Below, piece after piece: positions 1 to 14,782 of a stretch of 64,000 nucleotides of DNA. The stretch comes from Emiliania huxleyi CCMP1516. Lineage: Eukaryota. Numbering within the stretch: the stretch's first letter is position 1; the number at the start of each line of letters is the position of its first letter. The stretch covers positions 296,246-360,245 of the forward strand of contig NW_005201231.1 in assembly GCF_000372725.1 (NCBI RefSeq). Direction: 5' to 3'. The translations under genes were made by a program, and so were the position numbers. The notes beneath the pieces are model-generated. The model did no database searches, was not told the origin of the DNA, and saw only the letters and a list, made by a program, of their open reading frames with translations.

Positions 1-1371
1 CCCATCAGGCGCGCCACGACGCGCTCTCCCGCCTTGCACCCCTTGCATGCCTGCCCTGGCCACGCGGGCAAGAAAGCACCGGCGCCGCCGGCGGCAGCGC
101 CGTCGGCGGCGGCGCGCGCCGCGGTGCTGCTGGTGATTGGGCGCGTCCTCTCCGCCGGCAGCGGCGGCGGCGGTCGCGGTAGTGGCGGCGGTAGCGGAGG
201 CGGCGGTAGCGGCAGTCGCGGTGACGGCGGCGACGGCGGCTGCGGTGGGGGCGGGGGCGGCGGCGGCGGCGGCGGCGGCCGTGGCGGCGGCGGCGGCGGT
301 GACGGCGGTGCTCGCGCGATGGCTTCGCTGCGAGGGTCGCTCGAGGCGCTGGCGGAGGGCGGGGTTGCTGCGGGCGTGAGCGAGGTGGAACGTGCGGCCG
401 CCGCGCGCGCCTTGGCTTGTCCGCCGCGCGCAGCAAAGGCGGATGCGCATTAGAGGGTGGGGACAGACCCGTGCGCTCTGACCAGCTCTCGAGAGGAGAC
501 GCATGGCACCTTGCTGCATTCCACTCCTCGTGGCCCTCGCTCCCAACACACGGCGCGAGACCGTGTCCGCACCCTGACTGCGCCCCTGGCGGCGATCGGT
601 TGACACAGGCGGCCACGACGACGTGTGACGGGGATCGCGCCGCTCTCGCGAGCCGCGGCGCTCCCGCTCTACAGGCGAGCGGTGTGGCACGTCGGGCTGC
701 CGCAGGGAGGGCGGCGGCGGTGCCGGTTTTGGCGGTGCCGGTGGCGGTGCAGATTGTGGGCCAGCCGCCAGCGGGCATGCCCCACGGCTTCGCCACGGCT
801 TGCCACGCCGCGGTGCCTGTCGACCGCTTCTCCACCCCCGAGCATGCCAATGAGCAATCGCCCGGTTATACGTTTGGGCTTTGCCCGTAATGAGTCTGGT
901 GTCTGGGGAGAGAGCCTGTAGTGCTCGTCCAGCCTACGCTTCTACCCACGACTACGTAACACTCGTAAAGTAATGTGTTCGACAGACGACACTCCGCGCG
1001 CACGGCGAGAGAGAGACGAGAGAGGATCACATGAAGAGCGAACGCGTATATATATAAAGCCGTAATTTTGGTAATACTACTCTCATGAGCATTGTGAGTG
1101 CATTGAGAGAGCCGCAAAAAGCGCAAGTTTTGCCGTACAAGGGACTCACCCGTCAGAGCCCTAGAGCAAACCGCCAACTGTTGTTTAGCCTAAATAAATA
1201 CACCGTGCGGTAGAGAGGTCGGCGTGCAACCCGCAATCGGGCTGCAGGCTCCCGCGGTGCCCAGCGAAGCCCCGGCCGGCCTGCTCAGCGCTGCATCTCG
1301 ATAGAGGGCGGGGCAGCTAGGGGCATCCGCGTCGGCGACTTTCTCCGAAGTCGGCAGCTTCACATTCTTGA

Positions 1372-1719
1372 TCAGCGTTCCATCTCCGCGCTGCCCATTG
1401 GAGCCCCCTGGGCCTGGCCCTGGGCTTCATACTTCGCATACGTAGTCCCGCAACCGTCCGAAAAAGTGCCATCGGGGTTCGGGCACATGCACATCGGGCC
1501 ACAATAAAGAGCGAACGGTTCCGAGCAGAACAAACCCCCGCCGAGCGGGTAGGCGCACGCGACGCCAGTCGGACAACCGTCGCAGCTGTGTGTCATGAAC
1601 ATGCAGGGGCCCACCTGGTTGATGTTGAGCGTCTGCCCGCCTTTGGTCCCGTCCTTCTTCTTCTCCGTCCATGTACCGGCGTAATCCTGTGCGCCCTTCA
1701 GCTTCGCCACGTCCGCCAT
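1372..1719 (-). CDS. Small cysteine-rich hypothetical protein (115 aa)
   Basis: Clean ATG-to-stop ORF with non-repetitive composition, a Cys-rich core (GPCMFMTHSCDGCPTGVACAYP...YCGPMCMCPNPDG) and the C-terminus GAPMGSAEMER. Confidence 0.7.
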   Translation of the reverse strand: MADVAKLKGAQDYAGTWTEKKKDGTKGGQTLNINQVGPCMFMTHSCDGCPTGVACAYPLGGGLFCSEPFALYCGPMCMCPNPDGTFSDGCGTTYAKYEAQGQAQGAPMGSAEMER

Positions 1720-2796
1720 GGCAAACCGAAAGGCGGCGGGGGTTCTGCGCCACAGCAGTTTGTTCGAGTTTGGCTAGTGCCATTTCACTCTGACACGCTA
1801 ATCTTGAAAACGTCTCCAACGGAGCTCCGTGTTGCTTCCAGCGCCCTCCCCCGCGCTCCCTGCGGCCATGGCCGATGATCCTAGTATGAGAGGTCATCTG
1901 GCTACCGCGAGAGCGACCCAAGGCAACTCGTCGACATCGTCCGATGATGGTGCCTCAAAGTCAGCCTTCGGAGGCTATCGTGGGGTCGAGCCGGCAGTAG
2001 CCGTGACATGTGGTTCCACCACCCCTCGTAGGCTTTGCCTCTGATCGCCACCGTTCCCAGGCTGCCTAATGGGATGGAAAGGAAGGCTCGGCGAGCGTAT
2101 AGAAGCGTGCTCGACCTCGTTGTGGCAACCTGTACGGCAGCGCTGGTAGGCGCGATGAGCGTCGTGCCACCTGACCCGAGACGGGTCGCAGGCGTCGTAC
2201 CGAGCGCGTCGAGACCGTGTCCTGATGTGATCTGCACGGGTGAATCACGTCGGCGTCAAAGGAGCGACGTGCGACCTGTCAGAGCTTGATCTCCGATCTC
2301 AGCGGCGTCGAGTCATCTCCGGCGCGCGACAAAGGTACGTCCACAGGACGCGCAGAGGCAGCTGCGACCCCGCCGAGTGGATCGATGTCACACAGCGCCA
2401 CCTGCTGTGGACGCCGCCCACTCGGCGGGGTCTCAGCTGCCTCTGGAAGGCACCGAGATGTACCTTTTTGCGCAAATGGTCAAATCAAGGTTTTGTAACG
2501 CGGGCTGTGCCACAGTGAAATGGCACTAGCCTTTGTAAAAAACTCTAGAGCGTTCACGTGACGTCTCCCGCAATTAAAATCATGTTCTTGCCTGGGCACA
2601 GTCAAACAACACACTGGGTCGGCCCGTCCGCCGCCGTCCGACGCACCCGGTCGGAACTCCGCACACCCCCGACACCAAAAACGCAAAACCACAACGCCAC
2701 AACCGTCAACCCGCGAGCCACAATGCACAAACTTTCGGGACAAACAAAAGTCGCCCGTGCGACCCCGATGTGCCCGAAACGCCGATCTGCGCAATC

Positions 2797-5139
2797 TCAC
2801 GACGCCCCCGGCTGCAACCGCACGCTCCTCGTGGTCTCACCGCCGCCCTCTCCCCCGCTGCCCCCCGCGCCCGCCGCCGGTCCCCGCTGTCGAACACGCT
2901 CTGCGGCGGCGGCGGCGACGCGCTGGCCCCACAAGCGCGCCGCCTCCACAAAGGGCGGCGCGATGGCGCCTATTCACACGGTGCGGTTCTTGTATGAGTC
3001 GCCTCACCACCGCCGGTAGCCCACAAAGGGGCGCGGCGATCGTACCGCTGCGGTTCGCCGCGAACGGTGGGGCGGTCACCGCCACCGCGCCTGTTCACAG
3101 CATCTCTGATTCTCAGCCAATCGTAGCGGCGGGGCGGCCACTGCCACCGCGCCATCGGAGCCGAAGTTGGAGCTAGATCTTGGCTAGATCTCGGCTAGAT
3201 CTCGGCTGCAACTCGGCTAGATCTCTCGGCTGCCTCTCGGCTGCCTCTCGGCTGCCTCTCGGCTGCCTCTCGGCTGCCTCTCGGCTGCCTCTCGGCTGCC
3301 TCTCGGCTGCCTCTCGGCTGCCTCTCGGCTGCCTCTCGGCTGCCTCTCGGCTGCCTCTCGGCTGCCTCTCGGCTGCCTCTCGGCTGCCTCTCGGCTGCCT
3401 CTCGGCTGCCTCTCGGCTGCCTCTCGGCTGCCTCTCGGCTGCCTCTCGGCTGCCTCTCGGCTGCCTCTCGCCGTAGGAGCCGAAGCTTGAGCTCGTCGGC
3501 GAGCCGGCGACGATCTGGACGCGGAAGCTCTCGAGGGTGCGGTGCAGCGAGGTGAGGGCGTGCTCGAGGCCTGCGCGACAGCGAGAGGTGTGAATCGACG
3601 CCGCCCACAGCTCCCGCCGAGAGAGCAAGCCTCGTGTGCTCGAGGCCCTGCGCCATGCCGCCGGCCGTGGCGAAGGCGCCGCCCAACTTGCCGTCGAGCC
3701 GCTCGTCCTGCCAGAAGGGGGCCCACCCCTCCTGTTCACACCTCCTCTGTTCACACCTCCTTCTAGGTGCGACTTGCCAGAAGGGGGCCCACCCCTCCTC
3801 CACCCAGGACAGGAGCGCGGCAGCCGCGTTGCCGTAGTGGACGGGAGCGCCTACCCACAGCTCCCCTTGTGAGGGGGGGTCAGCTTTCTGTTTTTCGCGC
3901 TGCCGCAGTGGAGCGGAGCGCCGAGCAACACAGCGTCCGCCCACTCGATCACATCCTGCAGGCATCCGAGAGCGAGCCGAGATCGAGCCGAGATCGAGCC
4001 GAGATCGAGCCGAGAGCGAGCCGAGATCGAGCCGAGATCGAGCCGAGATCGAGCCGAGATCGAGCCGAGATCGAGCCGAGATCGAGCCGAGATCGAGCCG
4101 AGATCGAGCCGAGATCGAGGATGGCATCGCTCCACCTGCTCCACGTCGACGTCCGTCAGGCTGCGGACTCGCACCTGTTCACAGCTCCCTTCCTCTTGTT
4201 CACACCTGCTACTCCAGAGTCCACCAAGCTGCAAAGTCGAACCTCGGCACGCAGCGCACCCACTGCCCGCCCGCCGCTGCCTCCGCCGCCGCCGCTGCCT
4301 CCGCCGCTGCCTGCGCTCCTGCCTTCGTCTCCTCCGCCACCGCCGCCGCCTTCGCCGCCTTCGCCGCGCGCGCCTTCGCCGACAGCTTCGGCGAGGGCGC
4401 GCGTGTGGTTGGTGACCTGCGCTGCGAACCCGTGGTGAGGATGCCTGCGCTCTCGAGTGATAGTTGGAATCCGTAGATGGTGATGCCGTGAGATGGTGAA
4501 CTCTCGGCTGTTGGAATCCAATTGAAGACGTGGGGAGAGTGTTCCGCATCTAGGATTGCTGACGGTGTGGTAGGCGATGAGGATGCGCGGAGGCCGGGAG
4601 CCGCTCTCTCGGCTGATGCGAGCCGCCGCGCCGGAGGCGGAGCCAAGGCGAGCCTCCTCTGGTATTGGACGGCGAGGCTCTGCAGCGCCGCCGCTCGAAG
4701 GCAGCTCTGCTCTCGCGTCGGGCGAGCGTGTGGTGGCGCGCATCGCCTGCCGGTGCCCGATGGGCGTCGCTATCGCCAGCTCGTGCCCTGACGGGTCGAG
4801 GATGTGAAAGTACCGCTCTCCCCAGTCCGCGTCGCGAGGCGCGTGCTCCGGCGTGAGGCCGTTCCGAAGCGCGAGCCCGTAGACTGCGTCGACATCGCTC
4901 ACGTAAAAGACGGCGCGGCCCCAGCCGTTCCACGTGGAGCGCGGCTGCGCCGTCGGCGCGAGGAAGAGGTTGACAAACATCGAGTCTTTCCCGCTCCCAT
5001 GCGGACTGACGGTCGCAAAGTCGGGCGAGTACCACTCGAGCTGGAGGCCGAGCTTTTGGTAGTAGGCGATGCTTGCGTTGATTGACGACGTGGCAAGCGT
5101 GACGGCGTTGATGGTCTGCCAGAGCGAGCCTGGCTTCAT
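2797..5139 (-). CDS. Multi-exon VOC/glyoxalase domain fused to WrbA-like flavodoxin (NAD(P)H:quinone oxidoreductase)
   Basis: Exon 1: MKPGSLWQTINAVTL...SIAYYQKLGL...AVFYVSDVDAVY...PRDADWGERYFHILDPSGHELAI (VOC fold), then RILIAYHT. Later exons: TNHTRALAEAVGEGA, DVIEWADAVLLGAPVHYGNAAA, LDGKLGGAFATAGGMAQGLEHAL, SYG, EAARLWGQRVA (WrbA motifs). Stop at 2797-2799. Confidence 0.8.
3222..3471. repeat. Intronic 11-bp tandem repeat (CTCGGCTGCCT)n
   Basis: About 22 near-perfect copies inside an intron of the VOC-WrbA gene. Confidence 0.95.
3966..4119. repeat. Intronic 11-bp tandem repeat (GAGCCGAGATC)n
   Basis: Directly visible tandem array. Confidence 0.95.
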
Positions 5140-5263
5140 CGTTGAAGCCAGAGTGACGAGAGAGCACTGGCTAGCAGGGCGAGCGCTTTGTCGGACTTCA
5201 GAAGCGGGTCTCGATTTCTTCTTTTGCCTTTCCAATCGCTGCCAAGTTTTCTTCTTCCAGAGA

Positions 5264-8131
5264 ATGCCGGTTAGCGGCCCGATTTGCAGCCTCCTCTCGC
5301 TGGCGCTGCTCGCGCCGCGGCCTCCGCCGCACGCTCGCGGCGCTGTGGCGCTGAGCACTGCCACCGTTACTGCCAGGCCGACCTTCGACGAGTCGGTGCT
5401 TCAGTCTCCGCGGGACTGTGATCTCCACCGAGCGCTGCGGGCGTCGCTCAAAGGCGGCGGCGGCAAGGCTGCCGTGCAACGCGCGGCTTGCGCTGCCATC
5501 GTCCGCGCCTTTGGCTACTCTCCTGGCGACGGTGGTGACGCGACGGGCCGCGGCGACGATGCCGGCGGCGGCGGCGCCGCGCCTGGCGACGGCGAGGTGG
5601 CTTCGCGGGCGACGGCGGTGCTTCCCAGCGGCGCCGGCAAGACCGTCCTCGCCTTGCGCGTCGCCGAGGCGCTCGCCTCGTCTCTCACCGTCGTGCTCGT
5701 CCCAGCGCGCGACCTCGTTTCGCAGTCGCATCGCGACTGGGAGCGCTGGCGGTCGGCTCCAGGCCCGCTCGAAGGCCTGCGGTCGCTGGCAGTCTGCTCG
5801 TCAACGTCGGTGCCGCGAGCGGTGCTGCCGCGCTCGACGGACCCTAACGCCATTGTCACCTTCCTCCGGGAGACTGAGGGCGCGCCGCGCGTCATCTTCT
5901 GCACCTACCACTCTGTGGATCGCGTGGGCGCGGCGTTGCGGGAGGTTGGAGCTGCGGCCGACCTGCTGGTGTGCGACGAGGCGCACCGCTGCACGGGACG
6001 GACGAGCAAGCTGTTTGCGAGGCCGCTCTTCGACGAGTTTCTTCCCGCCCGCCGCCGCCTCTTCCTCACCGCCACGCCCAAGCTCATCGGCGAGAAGCGC
6101 GACGCAGACGGAGCCCTCATCCCGGCCGGATCGATGGACGACGAGAGCCTTTTTGGGCGGCATGTTTACCGGCTAAGCTACGGCGAGGCGGTGCGGCTCG
6201 GCGTCGTGTCGCCGCTCAAGCTTGTCTTTCTGGACGTGGCCGACAAGTATGCAGCGTGGGCAGCCGGTCGCGCGTCCGACTCTGACACGGACGACTCGGA
6301 CATGGTCGCGCTCTGCCTCGCCATGCTCGACTGCCGCAGGAGCTATGGCGTGCGCACCGCCTTCGCCTTCTCCTCCTCCAACGTCCGCGCTGCTAGGCTC
6401 GAGCGAGTCGCGACGTCGGTCCTCGAGCCTGACGAGTTTGCCGTTGGCCGCATCAACGGTTCGATGCTGTCGGACGCGCGAGAGCGGCGGCTGGCGCCGC
6501 TGCGCCGGGCGGGCGAGTATGAGGCACCGACTCAGCTCGTGACCAACTGCCGCGTGCTTGCGGAGGGCGTCGACTTGCCGTCGGTCGACCTAGTCGTGTT
6601 TGCCGACGCGAAGCAGAGCCACGTCGACATCCTCCAGTGCATGGGCCGCGCGTCGCGCCTCGCGCCGGGCAAGGAGTTTGGATACATTTTGGTGCCGGTG
6701 AGCGAGGCAGCGGCCGAGGGCGGGGCACATGGCAGGGCGACGGCGGTGGTGAGGGCGTATGCCGAGCAGGACGCGGAGTTCCGCGAGGCCCTCGACGTGC
6801 TCGTCAGCGGCGAGGCGCGCGCAGGGCGGCCGCTCGACTACTCGGAATGGCCAGAGGCGTTGCGCAGTGTGCTGTTACTGCCAGATCGCGGCGACGTGCA
6901 GCGGGAGCGGATGGTTGCGACGGTGGCGCGGGAGCTCGTTGATCGCTGGGAGCGAATGTTTGGGCTGCTCCAGGCCTTCCGGGCGCGAGAGGGGCACGCC
7001 AATGTGCCGATGGGATACGAGGAGGATGGGGAGCAGCTTGGCGGATGGCTTAGCCACCAGCGCAACCTTCACAAAAATGGGCTGCTGCCGGGAATGCGCG
7101 CTCAACGGCTGGAGGCGTTGGGCGTTGCGTGGGATGTGCTGGCGGAGCAGTGGGAGCGCATGTTTGGGCTGCTGCAGGCCTTCCGGGAGCGAGAGGGGCA
7201 CGCCAACGTGCCAGCAAAGCATGTGGTGGAGGAGGGCGAGAAGCTCGGTGAATGGCTGCGGACCCAGCGGAAGCGCTACAAGGCGCGAGGGTGGAGCGAG
7301 GCGGAGCGCAAACGCAAGTCTGCCAGCGCAATGAGCGACGAGGAGGTGGAAAGGCTGGAGGCGGTGGGCGTGGCGTGGTATGTGCTGGCGGAGCAGTGGG
7401 GGCGCATGTTTGGGCTACTGCAGGCGTTCCGGGAGCGAGAGGGGCACGCCAACGTGCCACAGCGTCACGTGGAGGATGGCGAGAAGCTTGGTTCGTGGCT
7501 GTCGGTCCAGCGGAAGCGTTACAAGGCGCGAGGGTGGAGCGAGGCGGAGCGTAAACGCAGGTATACCAGCGCATTGAGCGACGAGGAGGTGGAGCGGATG
7601 GAGGCGTTGGGCGTGGTGTGGGATTCGCTGGCGGAGCAGTGGGAGCGAATGTTTGCGCTGCTGCAGGCGTTCAAGAAGCGAGAGGGGCACGCCAATGTGC
7701 CATACGGGCACGTGGAGGATGGCGAGAAGCTTGGTGTCTGGCTAAAGAACCAGCGGATGCGCTACAAGGCCCGAGGGTGGAACGAGGCGGAGCGTAAACG
7801 CTTGTCGGCCAGCGCGATGAGCGACGAGGAGGTGGAGCGGATGGAGGCGTTGGGCGTGGTGTGGGATTCGCTGGCGGAGCAGTGGGAGCGAATGTTTGCG
7901 CTGCTGCAGGCGTTCAAGAAGCGAGAGGGGCACGCCAATGTGCCATACGGGCACGTGGAGGACGGCGAGAAGCTTGGTTCATGGTTGCAGAAGCAGCGGA
8001 CGCGCTACAAGGCGCGAGGGCTGAGCGAGGCGGAGCGTAAACGATTGTCGGCCAGCGCGATGAGCGACGAGGAGGTGGAGCGGATGGAGGCGGTGGGCGT
8101 GGTATGGGATGCTCGGTCGCGCGCGCGGTAG
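5264..8131 (+). CDS. Intronless superfamily-2 (ResIII/DEAH-like) helicase with five C-terminal helicase-associated (HA, PF03457-like) repeats
   Basis: Motif I LPSGAGKT, II LLVCDEAH, III LTATP, V VLAEGVDLP, VI QCMGRASR. Five repeats WERMFxLLQAFxxREGHANVP...LGxWLxxQR...RLEALGVxWD. Likely start is the ATG at 5264 (the ORF track extends to 5069). Confidence 0.9.
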   Translation: MPVSGPICSLLSLALLAPRPPPHARGAVALSTATVTARPTFDESVLQSPRDCDLHRALRASLKGGGGKAAVQRAACAAIVRAFGYSPGDGGDATGRGDDAGGGGAAPGDGEVASRATAVLPSGAGKTVLALRVAEALASSLTVVLVPARDLVSQSHRDWERWRSAPGPLEGLRSLAVCSSTSVPRAVLPRSTDPNAIVTFLRETEGAPRVIFCTYHSVDRVGAALREVGAAADLLVCDEAHRCTGRTSKLFARPLFDEFLPARRRLFLTATPKLIGEKRDADGALIPAGSMDDESLFGRHVYRLSYGEAVRLGVVSPLKLVFLDVADKYAAWAAGRASDSDTDDSDMVALCLAMLDCRRSYGVRTAFAFSSSNVRAARLERVATSVLEPDEFAVGRINGSMLSDARERRLAPLRRAGEYEAPTQLVTNCRVLAEGVDLPSVDLVVFADAKQSHVDILQCMGRASRLAPGKEFGYILVPVSEAAAEGGAHGRATAVVRAYAEQDAEFREALDVLVSGEARAGRPLDYSEWPEALRSVLLLPDRGDVQRERMVATVARELVDRWERMFGLLQAFRAREGHANVPMGYEEDGEQLGGWLSHQRNLHKNGLLPGMRAQRLEALGVAWDVLAEQWERMFGLLQAFREREGHANVPAKHVVEEGEKLGEWLRTQRKRYKARGWSEAERKRKSASAMSDEEVERLEAVGVAWYVLAEQWGRMFGLLQAFREREGHANVPQRHVEDGEKLGSWLSVQRKRYKARGWSEAERKRRYTSALSDEEVERMEALGVVWDSLAEQWERMFALLQAFKKREGHANVPYGHVEDGEKLGVWLKNQRMRYKARGWNEAERKRLSASAMSDEEVERMEALGVVWDSLAEQWERMFALLQAFKKREGHANVPYGHVEDGEKLGSWLQKQRTRYKARGLSEAERKRLSASAMSDEEVERMEAVGVVWDARSRAR

Positions 8132-8770
8132 AACGTAGATGCCGGGGGGTTCGCGGGCCTGCCGACCCCGGTCGGGCCCGAAGGTGCGCGTGCAGCTGCA
8201 GGGGGCGCTGCAGCTGCAGGTGCAGCGAGGTGATCTTGTCTTAGTTTCCACGAGACGCAGACGCAGGATACGGTGATACGGTGTTATAGCTTATAGTTCA
8301 ATAAAATTCTTTTCTTTGTTAGTTGTTTCTATCACCCGCACGTATCAAAAGAATAGACAAGAGTAGTACTTGTGGGACGGCCCTTCGCATCTCGCGTCTT
8401 CGCCCCCCCCCCGCGCGCGCGCGCGCCACATGGACATATCGCGGCTGTACACATACCCTCCCCAGACAAACATGAAAGCACCAGAGTGCAGAGACCCCTT
8501 CGGCTTCGCGGCGCCGCACGCAACCCGTTCTCCCCCGTGGCGTCGTCCCCACCCACCCTCGGCGTGGCGCATCGTGCACCACAACAGCGCCAGACACCGG
8601 TCTCTGCTTGCAGCGCGTGCGGCTCTGCTCGCGGCCGCGCTCTCTAGACCAGAGCCGGCAATCGCGCCCGTCGCCCCCCCCCTCCCCCCCGCCCTCCCCG
8701 GTCCCCCGGTTCTCCTCAGCACGCCACGCCCTGCGCCGCCAGCCCCTGCGTGCTCTCCGAGGCCGACCTA

Positions 8771-12716
<3,946 letters not shown>

Positions 12717-13070
12717 CGCTGGCCGTTTGCTTTGAGAGAGAGAGCCGGGCAGAGAAAAGAATTTTTAGAATGGCTCCAAGTTACGAGCACTCCAAGTGCT
12801 CCAAGTGCTCCGAGCACCGCTGAAATGAGAATCTTACCACAAAACTCCCTCGCACAACACTGGGCACGGGACTGGCGCGCACTGGCACTAAATGAGAAAA
12901 CGGCGGTCTGGAGAAGGAGGTGAGGGCGACGAACGGGGCACACGCGCCAGGCGTGGTGAGGATTGTCCGAGAGGAGAAAAACAAACGCATCGCGGCACAG
13001 TGAGATCTCGGTGTGTCAGTCGTGTGCCAGCAGTCGTGTGCCAGCGCTCGCGTGGGAGCCCCTCTCTCAC

Positions 13071-14720
13071 TTACAGCTCGACCCCCCGCTCCTCGCACGC
13101 GGCCACCAGCTGCTCACGCTGATCGTCACGCAACCAGTAGCCCACGACGAGCATCTGCACGCGAGCGGGGAGGCGCGATGAGCTTTGGGCGTGGAAGGGG
13201 CGTGTGGCGAGGGGGGCGTCTCGCGCCTTCAAGCTCGGGGCGGCCCCCTCCTTGAGGGCGGCGGCCAGCGCCTTGCATCCCTCGTCGCCAATCTGGAAGT
13301 TCTCGCCGAGACTGAGCTCCTCGAGCCGCGGCACTGCCCCCTCCTTGCCGAGAGCGGCGGCCAGCGCCTTGCAACCTTCGTCGCCAATCTCGTTGCACTC
13401 GAGATTGAGCACCTCGAGCCGCGGCGCTGCCCCGCTCGCGAGGACCTCCGCCAGCTGCGCCGCCTCCGCGTCGCCCCAGCCGAGGTTCCAGTACTTAAGC
13501 ACGGTCGCCTTGCCAAACTGCTCCTGGAAGGCGTCCTCGTACAGCCGCTTCACGAGCGGATAGTCCTCCTTGCCGTTAGTGAAGCTCTTTGTCTCCAGCT
13601 CCGCCGCGAACGCAGACGGCAGCAGCGGAGGGCGCCGGCCGCCGTCCTGGACGCAGTCGTCTCGAAGGCTGCTCCAGTCGTACTCCTCGCCGTCGCGCAT
13701 CTTGCCGAGGTCGAGCGAGAGGCTGCTGCCCTTGGTCAGGCCCGCCCAGCTGCCCTCGGTGTAGCACCATCCGCGGTCAAAGTACTTGGCCACGTTGGTG
13801 CCCTCGGCCTGGTCCTCCGCCTTGTGGCCGTCCGGGAAGGAGGTCAGCCGCAGCACGGTCGTGTTCGGGTGGGAGTAGAGTGTGCCGAGGCAGCCCAGCC
13901 CCTGCTTGAAGAGCGCGTTCTGCTCCTCGGTGCGCAGGACGCCGTTGAGCGGGTCGGGGTGCTGGTGCAGCGAGCCGAAGTCCCAAAAGACGCCGAGCCG
14001 TGTGATGCCGTAGGGATTGTTGAGCAGGGCCTTGAGCGCCCTTGCGACGCGGGAGAGGTTGGCTCCGAGCGGGTCGGGGTGGTCCTTGGTCAGCCACGGG
14101 TATGAGAGCGCGGCGACGGGAAGCGATCCCACATTCTCGTTGGTCGCCTCGACGAGGTCGGTGAAGGAGAGGAAGGCCTCTTTGGGCAGCGCCTGGCGGT
14201 GGTTTAGGACGCCGCCCGCCTCGGCGTGGCGGATGATCCACCGCGTGTCGAGGAGGGCGACGGCGCCGCTCGCGACGACCGGCTCCAGGTCGCCGCCGCC
14301 GAGCTTGCGCCACAATTCCAGCCTCCCCGCGTCCACGCCGAGATCGGTGGCGGATGGGAGGGCTGCCGGCTCTGCTGGAGCAGGAGGGGCTGCGGTTGCC
14401 TGGGCACTAGCGTCCTCCTGCCTCTCGTTGCATGAACCATCCACCTTCGTGCTCGCCAGCTCATCTGCCGTGCCAAGAACTGCGGCGTCAGCAGCTACAT
14501 CTGCCGCCTTTCGTGCGTTCGCCTGCTGCAATGCAGCCGCCCTCGCCAACGCCGCCTTGACCAGCGTGGCACCTTCCGCCAATGCCGGCCCTGCACCAGC
14601 TCCCTTCAGCACGGCCGCCCGCTGCAATGCAGCCGCCCTCGCCAACGCAGCCTGCACCAGAGCGGCTTTCTCAGCCACCGCACGCTCTGCAATAGCCCGC
14701 TTCTCAACGCTGGAGGACAT
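13071..14720 (-). CDS. HET (TIR-like) domain protein with C-terminal RNI-like leucine-rich repeats
   Basis: VAALSYPWLTKDHPDPLG...GVFWDFGSLHQ...LYSHPNTTVLRL...YFDRGWCYTE (HET-type motifs); LRRs LEVLNLECNEIGDEGCKALAAAL and LEELSLGENFQIGDEGCKALAAAL; probable in-frame GC-AG intron near the 3' end. Confidence 0.8.
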   Translation of the reverse strand: MSSSVEKRAIAERAVAEKAALVQAALARAAALQRAAVLKGAGAGPALAEGATLVKAALARAAALQQANARKAADVAADAAVLGTADELASTKVDGSCNERQEDASAQATAAPPAPAEPAALPSATDLGVDAGRLELWRKLGGGDLEPVVASGAVALLDTRWIIRHAEAGGVLNHRQALPKEAFLSFTDLVEATNENVGSLPVAALSYPWLTKDHPDPLGANLSRVARALKALLNNPYGITRLGVFWDFGSLHQHPDPLNGVLRTEEQNALFKQGLGCLGTLYSHPNTTVLRLTSFPDGHKAEDQAEGTNVAKYFDRGWCYTEGSWAGLTKGSSLSLDLGKMRDGEEYDWSSLRDDCVQDGGRRPPLLPSAFAAELETKSFTNGKEDYPLVKRLYEDAFQEQFGKATVLKYWNLGWGDAEAAQLAEVLASGAAPRLEVLNLECNEIGDEGCKALAAALGKEGAVPRLEELSLGENFQIGDEGCKALAAALKEGAAPSLKARDAPLATRPFHAQSSSRLPARVQMLVVGYWLRDDQREQLVAACEERGVEL

Positions 14721-14782
14721 GGCGACCGGGAGCGCGATCTGTTACATACCTGGGGGTTTTCTTTCGTGCTTACAAGTGTCTA

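Noticed and set aside
1..890. Several overlapping ORFs at the window start
   Set aside because: Low-complexity GGC repeats; possibly part of a minus-strand Pro-rich gene leaving the window, but no frame can be supported.
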